The notes beneath the pieces are model-generated. The model was not told where the DNA came from. It saw only the letters and a program-made list of their open reading frames with translations, and made no database searches. A DNA stretch of 64,000 nucleotides from Nannocystis pusilla (GTDB lineage Bacteria; Myxococcota_A; Polyangia; Nannocystales; Nannocystaceae), in the NCBI RefSeq assembly GCF_049337375.1, contig NZ_JBMPIV010000015.1; one strand, written 5' to 3'. Below, piece by piece: positions 31,727-41,342 of the stretch; positions within the stretch are counted from its first letter, which is position 1; every line of letters begins with the position of its first letter. A program made the position numbers and the translations under genes.

Positions 31727-33481
31727 GTGGCTCAGAAGTACGTAGGACTCGACCTCGGAACCTCCGAAGTCAAGGCCGTGCTCATCAACGCCGGCCTGCG
31801 CACCATCCAGGTGCTCGAGACGGTCGTCGAGCCGGTGACGCTCACGCCGCAGGGCGACACCTCGCTGGCCGCCGCGCTCGACATCGGCATCGCCGTGCTG
31901 CGCCGCCGCGGCTGGAACCACTACCCGATCGGCGTGGTGCTGCCCGGCAGCTTCGCGGCCTATCGCGTGTTCAAGTTCCCGTTCAGCGACCCGCGCCGGA
32001 TCGCCCAGGCGATCGCGTTCGAGGCCGAGGGCCAGTTCCCCGTCCCGCTCGAGAACCTCGAGCTCGACCACGTGCCCGCGACCGTCGCCGGCGGCGGCGG
32101 CCAGGCGCTCGCGGTCGCGGTCCGTCGCTCCGCCGTCGACCAGGTCCAGGCCGCGTTCAAGGCGGCGACGATCGACGTCAAGCTCATCACCGTCGACGTC
32201 CTGGCGACCGCGCAGGTGCTCACCGCCGACCTGCCCGAGCCGGCCAAGGGCGCGCCCTCCGAGGCGCGCACGCCGGTGGTGCTCGGCCTCGACATCGGCC
32301 ACGCGACCACCGACCTGGTGGCCTTCGGCGCCAAGGGCCCGCTCGCGGCCCGCATGCTCCGCCGCGGCGGCGTGCACGTCACCCGCGCGCTGCAGCAGCG
32401 CTACCAGCTGAGCGACGCCGAGGCCGAGACAGCCAAGCGCGACAACGCCTTCCTGCCGCACCGCGGCCAGGGCGACCTGTCGGCGGAGCAGCTCGAGTCG
32501 GCGACGATCGTGGCCCGCGCGCTCGAGCCGGTGGTGCGGGAGATCGAGCACACGCGCATGTGGCTGCGGGCCGAGTTCTCGGCCGAGGTGGTGCAGCTGC
32601 GCCTGTCCGGCGGCGGCGCCAACCTCCGCGGCCTCGACGCCTACCTGGCCGAGCAGCTCGGCCTGCCGACCGAGCGCGCCCGCCCGCGCGAGAGCCTCGG
32701 GCTCAAAGGTCTCGCGGGACATGACTGGACGGCCATGTCGGCCGCGCTCGGCGGCGCCGTCGGCTGCGCCCGTCGGCCGCTGATCCAGCTGCACAAGGAC
32801 GCCGCCGTCCAGCGCGGCGGCGACGGCAGCTGGATCGCCGAGCGGATCGCCACGGTCGCCGCGCTCGGGTTCGCGATCCTCGCGTTCGGCGTGGTCGACA
32901 CCGTGGTCGGCTCGAGCGCGCTCGAGGCGGAGCGCGCGGCCTACGAGGAGGAGCTCGGCGAGGCCAGCCACAAGGTGTTCGGCGAGGCGCTCACCTCGAA
33001 GGCCGAGATCGAGGAGCGCCTCAACGCCGTCGACGGCCGCGACATCACCAAGCTGATCCCGCAGCGCGGCGCGCTCGACGTGCTCGCGGGCTTCGTCAAG
33101 GCGGCCACGCCGACCGGCCCGAAGCCGGCGCCGGCGCCGACGCCGATGGTGGCGGAGGAGGGCGCCAGCCCCGACGCCGAGAGCGGGTCGGCGACGACGC
33201 CGACGTCGCCGGTCCAGCTGCCCTCGGTCGAGGGCTCGGCGGGCGTCGTGTGGGACGACGAGTTCGTGCTGTCGCTGATCGAGATCCGGCCGCGCGCGAT
33301 CCAGTTCCGCGCCTCCGCCACGCGCTCGTCGGCGCAGGAGCGGTTCAAGAACAAGCTGCTGCAGACGCTGCCCTGCGTCATCCCGTTCCAGGTCGCCAAG
33401 GTGCGCGACGAGGGCACCAAGAAGGTGTTCGACCCCAACATCGAGCACGACTGCTACAGCAGCACGGAGACCGAGTCGTGA
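31727..33481 (+). CDS. gspL: GspL-like assembly protein (cytoplasmic actin-like/PilM-like domain + TM + periplasmic domain)
   Basis: N-terminal YVGLDLGTSEVKAVL actin-like ATPase fold start, a TM segment (AALGFAILAFGVV), and a periplasmic C-terminus. Position in the operon fits GspL. Confidence 0.7.
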   Translation: MAQKYVGLDLGTSEVKAVLINAGLRTIQVLETVVEPVTLTPQGDTSLAAALDIGIAVLRRRGWNHYPIGVVLPGSFAAYRVFKFPFSDPRRIAQAIAFEAEGQFPVPLENLELDHVPATVAGGGGQALAVAVRRSAVDQVQAAFKAATIDVKLITVDVLATAQVLTADLPEPAKGAPSEARTPVVLGLDIGHATTDLVAFGAKGPLAARMLRRGGVHVTRALQQRYQLSDAEAETAKRDNAFLPHRGQGDLSAEQLESATIVARALEPVVREIEHTRMWLRAEFSAEVVQLRLSGGGANLRGLDAYLAEQLGLPTERARPRESLGLKGLAGHDWTAMSAALGGAVGCARRPLIQLHKDAAVQRGGDGSWIAERIATVAALGFAILAFGVVDTVVGSSALEAERAAYEEELGEASHKVFGEALTSKAEIEERLNAVDGRDITKLIPQRGALDVLAGFVKAATPTGPKPAPAPTPMVAEEGASPDAESGSATTPTSPVQLPSVEGSAGVVWDDEFVLSLIEIRPRAIQFRASATRSSAQERFKNKLLQTLPCVIPFQVAKVRDEGTKKVFDPNIEHDCYSSTETES

Positions 33482-34086
33482 GCGCCATCGAAACCACCCT
33501 GTTCGGGTTCATGTCCCGCTTCAACCCGCGCGAGCGGGCGCTGCTCGGCGTGCTGATGCTGGTGTTCTTCGTCACCGCGGTCGGCGTGCTCTACATGATG
33601 CGCAAGAGCTCGTTCGACACGGCCCGCGCCGAGATCGCCGAGCTGCGCGAGGCCCTCGTCCTCGTGCGCACCAAGGGCACCGCGTACGACACCAAGAAGA
33701 AGGAGAAGGAGGCGCGCGAGGGCCGGATCGCCAGCGCCCAGCCGATCGTGTTCTCGATCCTCCTCGAAGAGGCGCAGAAGAACCTCGTCACGGGCACGCT
33801 GCGCGGCGAAGAAGAGCGACAGCCGATGGTGGTCGACGAGGAGAAGGGCCTGACCAAGCGCGTGGTCGCGTTCGAGGTCCGCAACGTGGCGCTCGAGGAG
33901 CTGCTGAACTTCCTCGCCAAGCTCGAGGGGCAGCCGGGCAACATCCTGTTCGTCGAGCGCCTGATGCTGCGCTCGCCCTCGGCGCTCGAGGACCGCCTCA
34001 ACGCCGAGGTCGAGCTCGCCACGTGGCAGCTGCAGAAGCCGGAAGAGCCGGCGCCGGTGCCCGGCGGCGAGGAGGGGGAGTCGTGA
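33478..34086 (+). CDS. gspM: GspM-like protein
   Basis: Short cytoplasmic N-terminus, one TM (LLGVLMLVFFVTAVGVLYMM), and a periplasmic domain. GTG at 33478 overlaps the gspL stop. ATG 33511 is an alternative start. Confidence 0.6.
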   Translation: MSAIETTLFGFMSRFNPRERALLGVLMLVFFVTAVGVLYMMRKSSFDTARAEIAELREALVLVRTKGTAYDTKKKEKEAREGRIASAQPIVFSILLEEAQKNLVTGTLRGEEERQPMVVDEEKGLTKRVVAFEVRNVALEELLNFLAKLEGQPGNILFVERLMLRSPSALEDRLNAEVELATWQLQKPEEPAPVPGGEEGES

Positions 34087-35621
34087 AGATCCGCCTGCCC
34101 AACCTCGCCAACCTGCGCCGCGGCGGCGGCGACCTGCCCGCGGCCCCGCCCGCGAGCGGCACCATCGTCGCGCCGGCGGCCCCGATCGGCGGCTTCGGCG
34201 ACCGCATGCGCCTGTTCTCGCGGCGCCTCCGCAGCTCCGCCGGCTGGGTGTTCCTGGCCGTGTTCGTGTTCTTCGCCTTCATCTGGATCAGCCTGCCGAC
34301 CCGCGCGCTCGCGTGGCGCATCGGCCACCAGGCGCGCCAGGCCGGCTACCTGATCGACATCGAGGACATGTCGGTGCGGCCGTGGGGCAGCGCGACGCTC
34401 TACAACGTCACGTGGACGTACGCGCCGTCGCACCCGGGCCAGATCCCGCACCAGATGGTGCTCGACGCGGTCGACGTCGACTTCTCGATCCTCGGCTACC
34501 TGCTGCTCGGCAACATCGACGTCGAGGTCGACACGATGCTCGACGAGGCGCCGATCCACGCCGAGTACGCGCGCAGCAGCAGCGAGTCGAGCATCAAGAT
34601 CGAGGTCACCGAGCTGCCGCTCGGCTCGGTGCCGAAGCTGCAGCAGGCGCTGGGCGCCCCGCTGCGCGGCCTGTTCGCCCTGCACGTCGACATGACGATG
34701 CCGGAGAACCTGTTCGAGAAGGCCGAGGGGTCGATCTCGCTCGAGTGCGCCTCGTGCTCGATCGGCGACGGCGAGGAGCTGCTGTTCATCCCCGGCTCGT
34801 CGGGCATCACCGCCAAGGGCATCACCATCCCCGAGATCGACCTCGGCACGCTGGTCGGCAAGCTGAAGGTCGCGGAGGGCCGGGCCACCGTCGAGGACTT
34901 CAAGACCAAGAGCGCCGACATCGAGCTCGAGCTCACCGGCGACATGCCGCTCAAGGATCCGTTCTCGAAGTCCGAGTTCGCGTTCCAGATGAAGCTGCTG
35001 GTCACGCAGGCGCTGCAGGACAAGAGCGAGACGCTGCGCTTCGCGGTGCAGACTGCCGGCCCGTCGTCGAAGATGGATCCGCCGGACGACGGCTGGCTCG
35101 GCTTCAAGCTGCGCGGCACCGTCGGCAAGCCGCGCTTCATGGGCATCAAGAGCAAGACCGCCGAGGAGCGGATGCTCGAGCGGCGGCAGAAGAACGCGGA
35201 GCGCGAGGCGGCCAAGAAGGCGCGCACCAAGTCGCGTTCGACGAAGAAGACCGAGGAGAAGGACGCGCTCGAGCGCAACAACGGGCCGGAGCTGCCGAGC
35301 GTCGGCGCGGGCGAGACCGGCGGGGCCGACCGCGAGCCGACGAAGGCGCCGGACACCGAGATGCGTCCGGCCGAGCCGCCGTCGACGCCCTCGACGCAGC
35401 CGCCGCCGCCCGAGCCGGAGCCCGAGGCGCGGCAGGAGGAGCCGCCGCCGCCGCCGCCGTTGCCGCCGGCGATGGAGGAAGTGCAGCAACCGGAGGGTGG
35501 TCAGGGGCAGGGCCAGGGCGACGGTCAGGCCCCGCCCGAAGGCCAGCCGGACGGCCAGGCGCCGGCCGAGGCGCCCCGCGAGGGTGAGGCGCCGCCGCCG
35601 AATGACGCGCCGACTGGCTGA
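34083..35621 (+). CDS. gspN: GspN-like protein with long Pro/Glu-rich C-terminal tail
   Basis: TM (WVFLAVFVFFAFIWISL) plus periplasmic domain, at the last position of the gsp operon. GTG 34083 overlaps the gspM stop. ATG 34206 is an alternative start. Confidence 0.55.
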   Translation: MKIRLPNLANLRRGGGDLPAAPPASGTIVAPAAPIGGFGDRMRLFSRRLRSSAGWVFLAVFVFFAFIWISLPTRALAWRIGHQARQAGYLIDIEDMSVRPWGSATLYNVTWTYAPSHPGQIPHQMVLDAVDVDFSILGYLLLGNIDVEVDTMLDEAPIHAEYARSSSESSIKIEVTELPLGSVPKLQQALGAPLRGLFALHVDMTMPENLFEKAEGSISLECASCSIGDGEELLFIPGSSGITAKGITIPEIDLGTLVGKLKVAEGRATVEDFKTKSADIELELTGDMPLKDPFSKSEFAFQMKLLVTQALQDKSETLRFAVQTAGPSSKMDPPDDGWLGFKLRGTVGKPRFMGIKSKTAEERMLERRQKNAEREAAKKARTKSRSTKKTEEKDALERNNGPELPSVGAGETGGADREPTKAPDTEMRPAEPPSTPSTQPPPPEPEPEARQEEPPPPPPLPPAMEEVQQPEGGQGQGQGDGQAPPEGQPDGQAPAEAPREGEAPPPNDAPTG

Positions 35622-35701
35622 ACGCCGTGCCAGTGCGCCTTTCATGCCAGACATGAAAATCTCGCAACGATAGGAGAAACGTCGTGGGCGGGGGACGCGG
35701 G

Positions 35702-35719
35702 TTTGCGCGAGCGCGCAAA
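35702..35719. promoter_or_regulatory. Perfect 8-2-8 palindrome TTTGCGCG-AG-CGCGCAAA upstream of the second sigma54 regulator gene
   Basis: Read directly. About 65 bp upstream of ATG 35785 and about 80 bp downstream of the gspN stop. Could be an operator or an intrinsic-terminator-like stem. Confidence 0.4.
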
Positions 35720-35784
35720 GTATGCATTACACCCGCGCATCTTCCGCCCGCAGAGTAGGCGAAGCCCCCGCGGAGGTACCGCCT

Positions 35785-37203
35785 ATGACGAACTTTGAAG
35801 AGACCAGGCCGACCCGAATTTTAGTGGTCGATGACGAGTCAAGCGCACGCTCTGCACTCAGCGAGCTGCTGCGCGAGGAAGGTTATGAAGTCCAGTCCGC
35901 CGCCGACGGATACAAGGCGCTCGGACGCATCGACCAGTGGGAGCCGGATGTCGTCATCACCGACGTCAAGATGCCCGGCCTCAACGGCCTCGAGCTCATA
36001 TCCAAACTCCGTGAACTCTACCCTGACGTCGCGGTCGTCGTGATGACGGCCTTCGGCTCGGTCGAGGGCGCCGTCGAGGCGCTCCACCTCGGCGCCGACG
36101 ATTACCTCAGCAAGCCCGTCGACCTGCCGCAGCTGCTCATCGTGCTGCAACGGGTCCTGCGACACCGCGCGCTGCAACGCGAGGCCCGCCACCTCCGCTC
36201 GGCGCTCGAGAGCCAGCGCGCCGACCAGCGCGCCGGCATCATCGGTCAGTCGAAGGTGTTCCGCGACCTCCTCGGCCTCGCGCGCCAGGTCGCCGACTCG
36301 CCGGTGTCGGTGCTCGTCACCGGCGAACGCGGCACCGGCAAGCAACACCTGGCGCGCCTGATCCACCACTGGTGCGGCCGCCGCGGTCCGTTCGTCAGCC
36401 TGCAATGCAGCGGCTTCACCGACGAGGCGTGCGCCCGCGAGCTGTTCGGGGTGCGCGACGGCGAGGCGGTGCTGCGCGAGGGCCGACTCGTCGAGGCCGA
36501 CGGCGGCACGCTCTTCCTCGCCGACGTCGACGAGCTGCCCCCGGGCGTGCAGGCGGCGCTGCTGCGGTTCCTGCAGGATCGGGCGTTCTGCCGCGTCGGC
36601 GACAGCGAGCCGCTGCAGGCCGATGTCCGCGTGATCGCGGCCACCAGCCAGGACTTCGGCGCGGCCAGGGGCAGCAAGCTGCGCGAGGACCTGTACTACC
36701 GCCTCAACGTGGTCAGCCTGCGCATGCCGTCGCTGCGCGAGCGCCGGGATGACATCCCGCTGCTGGCGATGCACTTCCTGCGGCAGTTCGCAGCCCAGGC
36801 ACATCGACCGGTGGTCGGCTTCAGCGAGCGGGCGCTCGGGGTGCTGCTCGGGTGCGACTGGCCGGGCAACATCCGTCAGCTCGAGAACAGCGTCGAGCGA
36901 GCGGTGGTGCTCGCGCGCGGGGCGGAGATCGAGCCGCGCGACCTGCCGCGCGAGCTGATGTCGAAGATGCGCGGCGACGACTCGGCGCCCGTGATCCCGG
37001 GCGCGTCGCTGCGAGAGATCGAGCGCTACGCGATCCTGCGGACGCTCGAGCACGTCGGCGGCAGCACCAGCAAGGCCGCGAAGATCCTCGGGATCTCGCC
37101 GCGCAAGATTCAGTACCGCCTCAACGAATACCGCGTCGCTCCGCAGACGGGGATGCCCCCCGTGCCACCCGAACCGCACGCGCACCGCGGCGCGCTGAAG
37201 TAG
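35785..37203 (+). CDS. Sigma54-family enhancer-binding response regulator with degenerate GAFTGA loop
   Basis: REC domain ([10 protein letters not shown]54-equivalent), AAA+ (GERGTGKQ, R-finger) and HTH. The GAFTGA position reads [23 protein letters not shown] 8 nt upstream of ATG 35785. Confidence 0.85.
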   Translation: MTNFEETRPTRILVVDDESSARSALSELLREEGYEVQSAADGYKALGRIDQWEPDVVITDVKMPGLNGLELISKLRELYPDVAVVVMTAFGSVEGAVEALHLGADDYLSKPVDLPQLLIVLQRVLRHRALQREARHLRSALESQRADQRAGIIGQSKVFRDLLGLARQVADSPVSVLVTGERGTGKQHLARLIHHWCGRRGPFVSLQCSGFTDEACARELFGVRDGEAVLREGRLVEADGGTLFLADVDELPPGVQAALLRFLQDRAFCRVGDSEPLQADVRVIAATSQDFGAARGSKLREDLYYRLNVVSLRMPSLRERRDDIPLLAMHFLRQFAAQAHRPVVGFSERALGVLLGCDWPGNIRQLENSVERAVVLARGAEIEPRDLPRELMSKMRGDDSAPVIPGASLREIERYAILRTLEHVGGSTSKAAKILGISPRKIQYRLNEYRVAPQTGMPPVPPEPHAHRGALK

Positions 37204-37367
37204 GGCGCAGAACATCGAACCGCGGCGCGTGACCACGGTTCATCGACTTCGAAGACTGTCCCGAAGGACATGTCGTGTCTCTCCAGCGCCGCCGCCCCCG
37301 CGCGCGTGGGAGCGCGCGTCGGGTGACATCGCGGCAGCGTGTTACGCTCGCGCCTTCGGAGGGTGCG

Positions 37368-39767
37368 ATGAAGGAGATCGAGATTCGGATCGGGCGTGGC
37401 GCCGCGGCCACGCGTTTCGCCGCCGTCCTGGTCAAGTCGGGCAGCACGGCCACCCGCAGCTTCGAGCGCGCGCGCAGCGGGCCGGGCGTGCAGATCCACC
37501 TCACCGGCGAGCGCGACTACCACGTCGCCCTCGTCGCCGAGCCCTCGGCGGCCGACAAGGCGCTGCTGCGGTCGTCGGTCGGGCACAAGATCCTGCTCGA
37601 CTTCCCCGGCCGCCGCGCCGTCCGCCAGCGCCTCGCCGGTCTCTCGGGACAGGGCCTTCAGGACAGGCCGGAGCCCCAGGCGGCGGCGCTCGACCTGACC
37701 GCGGGCATCCACGGCGCGGCCCCGCTGTTCCTGCTGCCGTCCGGCGAGCTGGCCGGCGACGCTGCCGGACCTGCACCGAAGGACATGTCGTCGCTGCCGG
37801 TGTTCGTCGCCGCGGCGCGCTGGATCTCCGCGCGGCGGACCTCGAGCTTCGAGTGCCTGTTCCCGCCGAGCGCGTTCTTCCCCGACGAGCCGCTGCGGGC
37901 CGAGCGGCTGACGCGGGCGCAGGCAGGTGCGCTGCTGCAGCAGGTCGAGGCGGTGTTGACCGCGGCGGCGCCCGCAGGTCCGCACGGGGCGGTCGACGAT
38001 GCGGTGCAGCTGCGCTCGGCGGCGCTGACGGTGCTGTCGCACGTGGTCGCCACGGTGCTCAAGGACCCCGAGTTCCGCGCCGCCGCCGACGCGGCCGCCG
38101 CTCGCATCCTCCGGCTGATCGACGACGAGGCCGGACCCGGCGGACGCAGCGAGCTGCGGGCGCACGCCATCTCGCTGCTCTCGCTGCGCGGCCCGGCCCT
38201 GCGGCCCGAGCAGCAGGCGCGCGCGCAGGCGCTGCTGCGCTCGCTGTCGCGGCAGGCCCCGCCGTACGCGGCGCTGAACGGGCCGTGGCGGTTCGCTGTG
38301 GCCTCGGCCTCCGAGTTCTTTCCGGGCGAGGTCGAGCTGCTGCAGACCAAGTACGGCTTCACCAAGATCGCCGCGCCCGAGGGCACGCCGAAGCCGCCGA
38401 ACCAGTGGGGCGAGGGCTACGCGGTGCTGCAGGCGCCGTTCGTCGGCAAGGGCGGGCGCGAGTTCTTCGTGTTCGCCCGCTCGGCCTCGCCGCGCGACGA
38501 GAACTTCGAGATGTCGCAGGAGTTCTTCACCGGCCTGCTCGTCAGCCGCCACGCCAACCTCGGCGCCTACGACATGCGCGCCTCGGCGATCCAGACCCAG
38601 CAGGTCGGCTACAAGCTGATGATGAACTGCCAGTGCGCCGGGCTGACCACGCGCTTCGCCATCGCCCGCATGTTCCCCGACGCCGACATCTTCTCGAGCT
38701 GGGACTCGACCTACTTCCGCACCGGCGAGGGCGACAAGGTGGTGGCCTCGGAGGGCATCGACTGCTTCGTGGCGATCCTGCGCGGCCTCGCCGAAGAGGA
38801 GGACTTCGCGGCGATCGACCAGCGGATCCGCAAGGCCCAGTGGCACCACCGCCAGAGCCGCACGCCCGACTTCGTGCAGTTCATCGGCCCGGCCCACCCG
38901 CTGGTGGTGGCGCGCTACCAGGACATCAACCGCGACGGCAAGGCCGACTACTACGACGGCTTCCTCGACTTCCGCCTGGTCGAGATCGCCGAGAGCCTCA
39001 AGGACTCGGCGGTGCCGCGCGACCCCGGCGCGTCGCCGTCGCAGATCAGCGGCGAGGCGGCGCGCGGGCTCGGCTGGGCCGCCGGCAGCCTCAATCGGGT
39101 CACGCAGTACTCTGAACTTTGGGACAGCTTGCCGGGCCAGGCCGAGATCCTGTACGCGTTCCGGGCCGGCGGCTTCTTCAGCGGCGCCGAGCCGCCGCGC
39201 GACGTGCCGGCCGGCAAGGGCCCCCGCGGAGAGCTCGGCCGCTTGCCCGCGGTGGTCCGCTACGTCCGCGACCCGGCCGGCGACGCGCTGACCGCCGACG
39301 TTTTGTTTCACAGCCACCTCAGCCACAGCGCGCAGGAGCTCAAGCGCTTGCTGGTCGCCGCCGAGGCGTGGTGGCGGGCGATCGACCTCGGCTACCTCGC
39401 CGACGCGCCGCCGCTCGACACGCTGCTCGGCCAGCGCGCCGGACTGCTGCTGCTGCTCGCCGGCTTGCTCGAATTCCCGGCCGACCAGAACTTCGTCGAC
39501 GGCCTGTGGGAGATGGCGCTCGACATGCTGCAGCTGCCGCGGCTGTCCCGCTCGCTGATCCGCCGCTGCAACAGCGACGAGGACCACGACAACGGCAACT
39601 ACTATGGGTCGGTGCGAGGCATCCGCGAGCTCGTCGGCACGGCCGAAGCCCCCGGCGGGGCGCTCAAGCAGGCCAACCCGGAGGCCTACGAGGACCTGGC
39701 CGCCGCCGACCCGGCGATCGGCCGCGCCCGCCCGCTCGGCGAGGTCGCGCAGGCGGCAGGGGTGTGA
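37368..39767 (+). CDS. Large hypothetical protein (about 800 aa), function unknown
   Basis: Good RBS (GGAGGG), diverse amino-acid composition, and GC3-rich codons. Contains the motif MMNCQCAGLT and an EF-hand-like loop DINRDGKADYYD. No confident family assignment. Confidence 0.6.
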   Translation: MKEIEIRIGRGAAATRFAAVLVKSGSTATRSFERARSGPGVQIHLTGERDYHVALVAEPSAADKALLRSSVGHKILLDFPGRRAVRQRLAGLSGQGLQDRPEPQAAALDLTAGIHGAAPLFLLPSGELAGDAAGPAPKDMSSLPVFVAAARWISARRTSSFECLFPPSAFFPDEPLRAERLTRAQAGALLQQVEAVLTAAAPAGPHGAVDDAVQLRSAALTVLSHVVATVLKDPEFRAAADAAAARILRLIDDEAGPGGRSELRAHAISLLSLRGPALRPEQQARAQALLRSLSRQAPPYAALNGPWRFAVASASEFFPGEVELLQTKYGFTKIAAPEGTPKPPNQWGEGYAVLQAPFVGKGGREFFVFARSASPRDENFEMSQEFFTGLLVSRHANLGAYDMRASAIQTQQVGYKLMMNCQCAGLTTRFAIARMFPDADIFSSWDSTYFRTGEGDKVVASEGIDCFVAILRGLAEEEDFAAIDQRIRKAQWHHRQSRTPDFVQFIGPAHPLVVARYQDINRDGKADYYDGFLDFRLVEIAESLKDSAVPRDPGASPSQISGEAARGLGWAAGSLNRVTQYSELWDSLPGQAEILYAFRAGGFFSGAEPPRDVPAGKGPRGELGRLPAVVRYVRDPAGDALTADVLFHSHLSHSAQELKRLLVAAEAWWRAIDLGYLADAPPLDTLLGQRAGLLLLLAGLLEFPADQNFVDGLWEMALDMLQLPRLSRSLIRRCNSDEDHDNGNYYGSVRGIRELVGTAEAPGGALKQANPEAYEDLAAADPAIGRARPLGEVAQAAGV

Positions 39768-39809
39768 GACCGTTGCACGCGGGCGAGGCGGCGTGGCAGA
39801 CAGGAGGGA

Positions 39810-40136
39810 ATGCACCGCCTCACGCCCGGGCTCGCCGGGTTCGCCCTGGTCCTCGCGGCCTGCACCGGCTCGGCTCGGCCGCCCCAACCTGTCCCGGAGG
39901 ACAGTTCACCCGCGGCCGCGCCGGCCGCAGTCGGCCCTGCGGATGCCGGCGGCTCGTGCTCGGCCAGCGCCGCGTGTCCGGGCGCCGCGCCGGCCCGTTG
40001 CGCTGGGCGCGGCGAGGGCCGCTGCCGCAGCGAAGACGGCGTGGGCTGCCGCTTCGAGCCGAAGTCGGGCCCCCCGCAGGTCCGCTGCTGCGACGGCTCG
40101 GAAACTTGCACGTTCACGCCGCTGCCGGGCGCGTGA
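39810..40136 (+). CDS. Small Cys-rich lipoprotein
   Basis: Strong RBS AGGAGGG. Signal peptide plus lipobox (LVLAACTG). 8 Cys in 108 aa. Confidence 0.5.
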   Translation: MHRLTPGLAGFALVLAACTGSARPPQPVPEDSSPAAAPAAVGPADAGGSCSASAACPGAAPARCAGRGEGRCRSEDGVGCRFEPKSGPPQVRCCDGSETCTFTPLPGA

Positions 40137-40149
40137 GCGCGTATGAGCG

Positions 40150-40292
40150 GTCCGCCGGAATCTGCGCTTCCGGCGAGGTCCTGGATGACCTGTCCGCGAG
40201 GACATGTGCTTCGGGCAATGTCCGGGCGGCCCGGTGCTAGGCGGTTGAGCTGTCCGCAGAGACCTGCTCTTCGGGCAATGTCCCGGCGACCA
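40150..40292. repeat. Cluster of three REP-like palindromes between convergent genes
   Basis: gacctgtccgcgaggacatgtgcttcgggcaatgtccgggcgg ... gagctgtccgcagagacctgctcttcgggcaatgtcccggcg. The last unit supplies the C-terminal 18 codons and the stop of the 40237..41280 gene. Confidence 0.8.
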
Positions 40293-41280
40293 GGTGCTCG
40301 AGCCAGGCGGCGAAGCGCGGGCCGGTGAGCCCGTGGCCGAGGTGGTAGCGCAGCTCGGCCTCGACCGCGCCGCGCCACGCCTCGAGCTCGCCCGAGCCGG
40401 CCAGCAGCTCGCCGACCGTGACGTCGCCGAGGCCGGCGACCGCCTCGGTGAGGACGGCTTCGACCTCGGCGGGCAGGCGGTCCCAGGCTGCCACTGCGAC
40501 CAGCGCGGCCTGGACGTCGGCCGCGACCACGGCCGGGTCGAGCTTGACGAGCTCGGCGTGGACGGCCGACTCCGGCAGATCGAGCAGCGAGGCGAGGACG
40601 TCGGCGCGGAAGGCCGCGCCCTCGCCGGCGTGCTTGGGGTCGCTGACGCGGTCGACGATCATGTCGATCACGCGACCGACGGCGCCGTCGACGAAGCCGC
40701 GCACGCGGTCCTCGACCGAGGCGTCGAGCCCGACCACGGAGGCCACGCCCTTGGCGACGCCGAACAGCTTCGAGGTGACGCCGGCGCCCGGGATCTTGCT
40801 GGTGTCCGGCAAGATCGAGCCGACCTTCTTGGCGAAGTCGAGCAGGGTGGTGTGGAGGATCGTGCGCGACAGGTCGCGCACGGTCGCTTGATCGACGACG
40901 GCTCGCACGAGCGCGCGGCTCGGCGTGTAGGGCCTGCGGACCACGGTGCGCAGCAGCGGCAGCAGGTCGCCGGGCAGCCGCGCGCGCAGCGTGCCCTGCC
41001 GCGGACGGATCCGGGCCAGAGCGTCGCGGAGGCGCTGCTCCAGCCACGTCGCGTGGGCGGGCGCGGCGGCGACGGCCTGCAGGCCGGTGACGATCAGCGG
41101 GGTCAGCCGGACGGGATCGATGAAGCGGCGCGCCGGCGCAGCGAGGACCTCGTCGACCAGCAGCGCTGCCAGCGCGGCGAGGTAGCGCGGCTCGTCGCGC
41201 AGTCGCGCGAGGAGGGCAGGGACGTGGGGCACGCCGGCCCTATACCAAGCTTCTCGCACGGGGGATACGCTGGTCCTCAC
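40237..41280 (-). CDS. Hypothetical protein
   Basis: 347-aa ORF with GTG start and coding-like composition. No recognisable motifs. The C-terminal tail is encoded by a repeat element. Confidence 0.5.
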   Translation of the reverse strand: MRTSVSPVREAWYRAGVPHVPALLARLRDEPRYLAALAALLVDEVLAAPARRFIDPVRLTPLIVTGLQAVAAAPAHATWLEQRLRDALARIRPRQGTLRARLPGDLLPLLRTVVRRPYTPSRALVRAVVDQATVRDLSRTILHTTLLDFAKKVGSILPDTSKIPGAGVTSKLFGVAKGVASVVGLDASVEDRVRGFVDGAVGRVIDMIVDRVSDPKHAGEGAAFRADVLASLLDLPESAVHAELVKLDPAVVAADVQAALVAVAAWDRLPAEVEAVLTEAVAGLGDVTVGELLAGSGELEAWRGAVEAELRYHLGHGLTGPRFAAWLEHLVAGTLPEEQVSADSSTA

Positions 41281-41342
41281 GACGCGCTGCGCCGAGCTCT
41301 CGCCCGAGACCCGGCCTCCACCACGCGCGTTGTCCCGCCGCC

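Noticed and set aside
40143-40328. Small ORFs translating the palindrome clusters into CP(R/E)GH(V/A)L-type peptides. Examples: 40143..40328, 42465..42776, 42285..42494, 53444..54016, 2868..3230.
   Set aside because: The recurring peptide is simply the fixed translation of the CATGTCC...GGACATG DNA motif in one frame. The clusters are intergenic hairpins, not genes.
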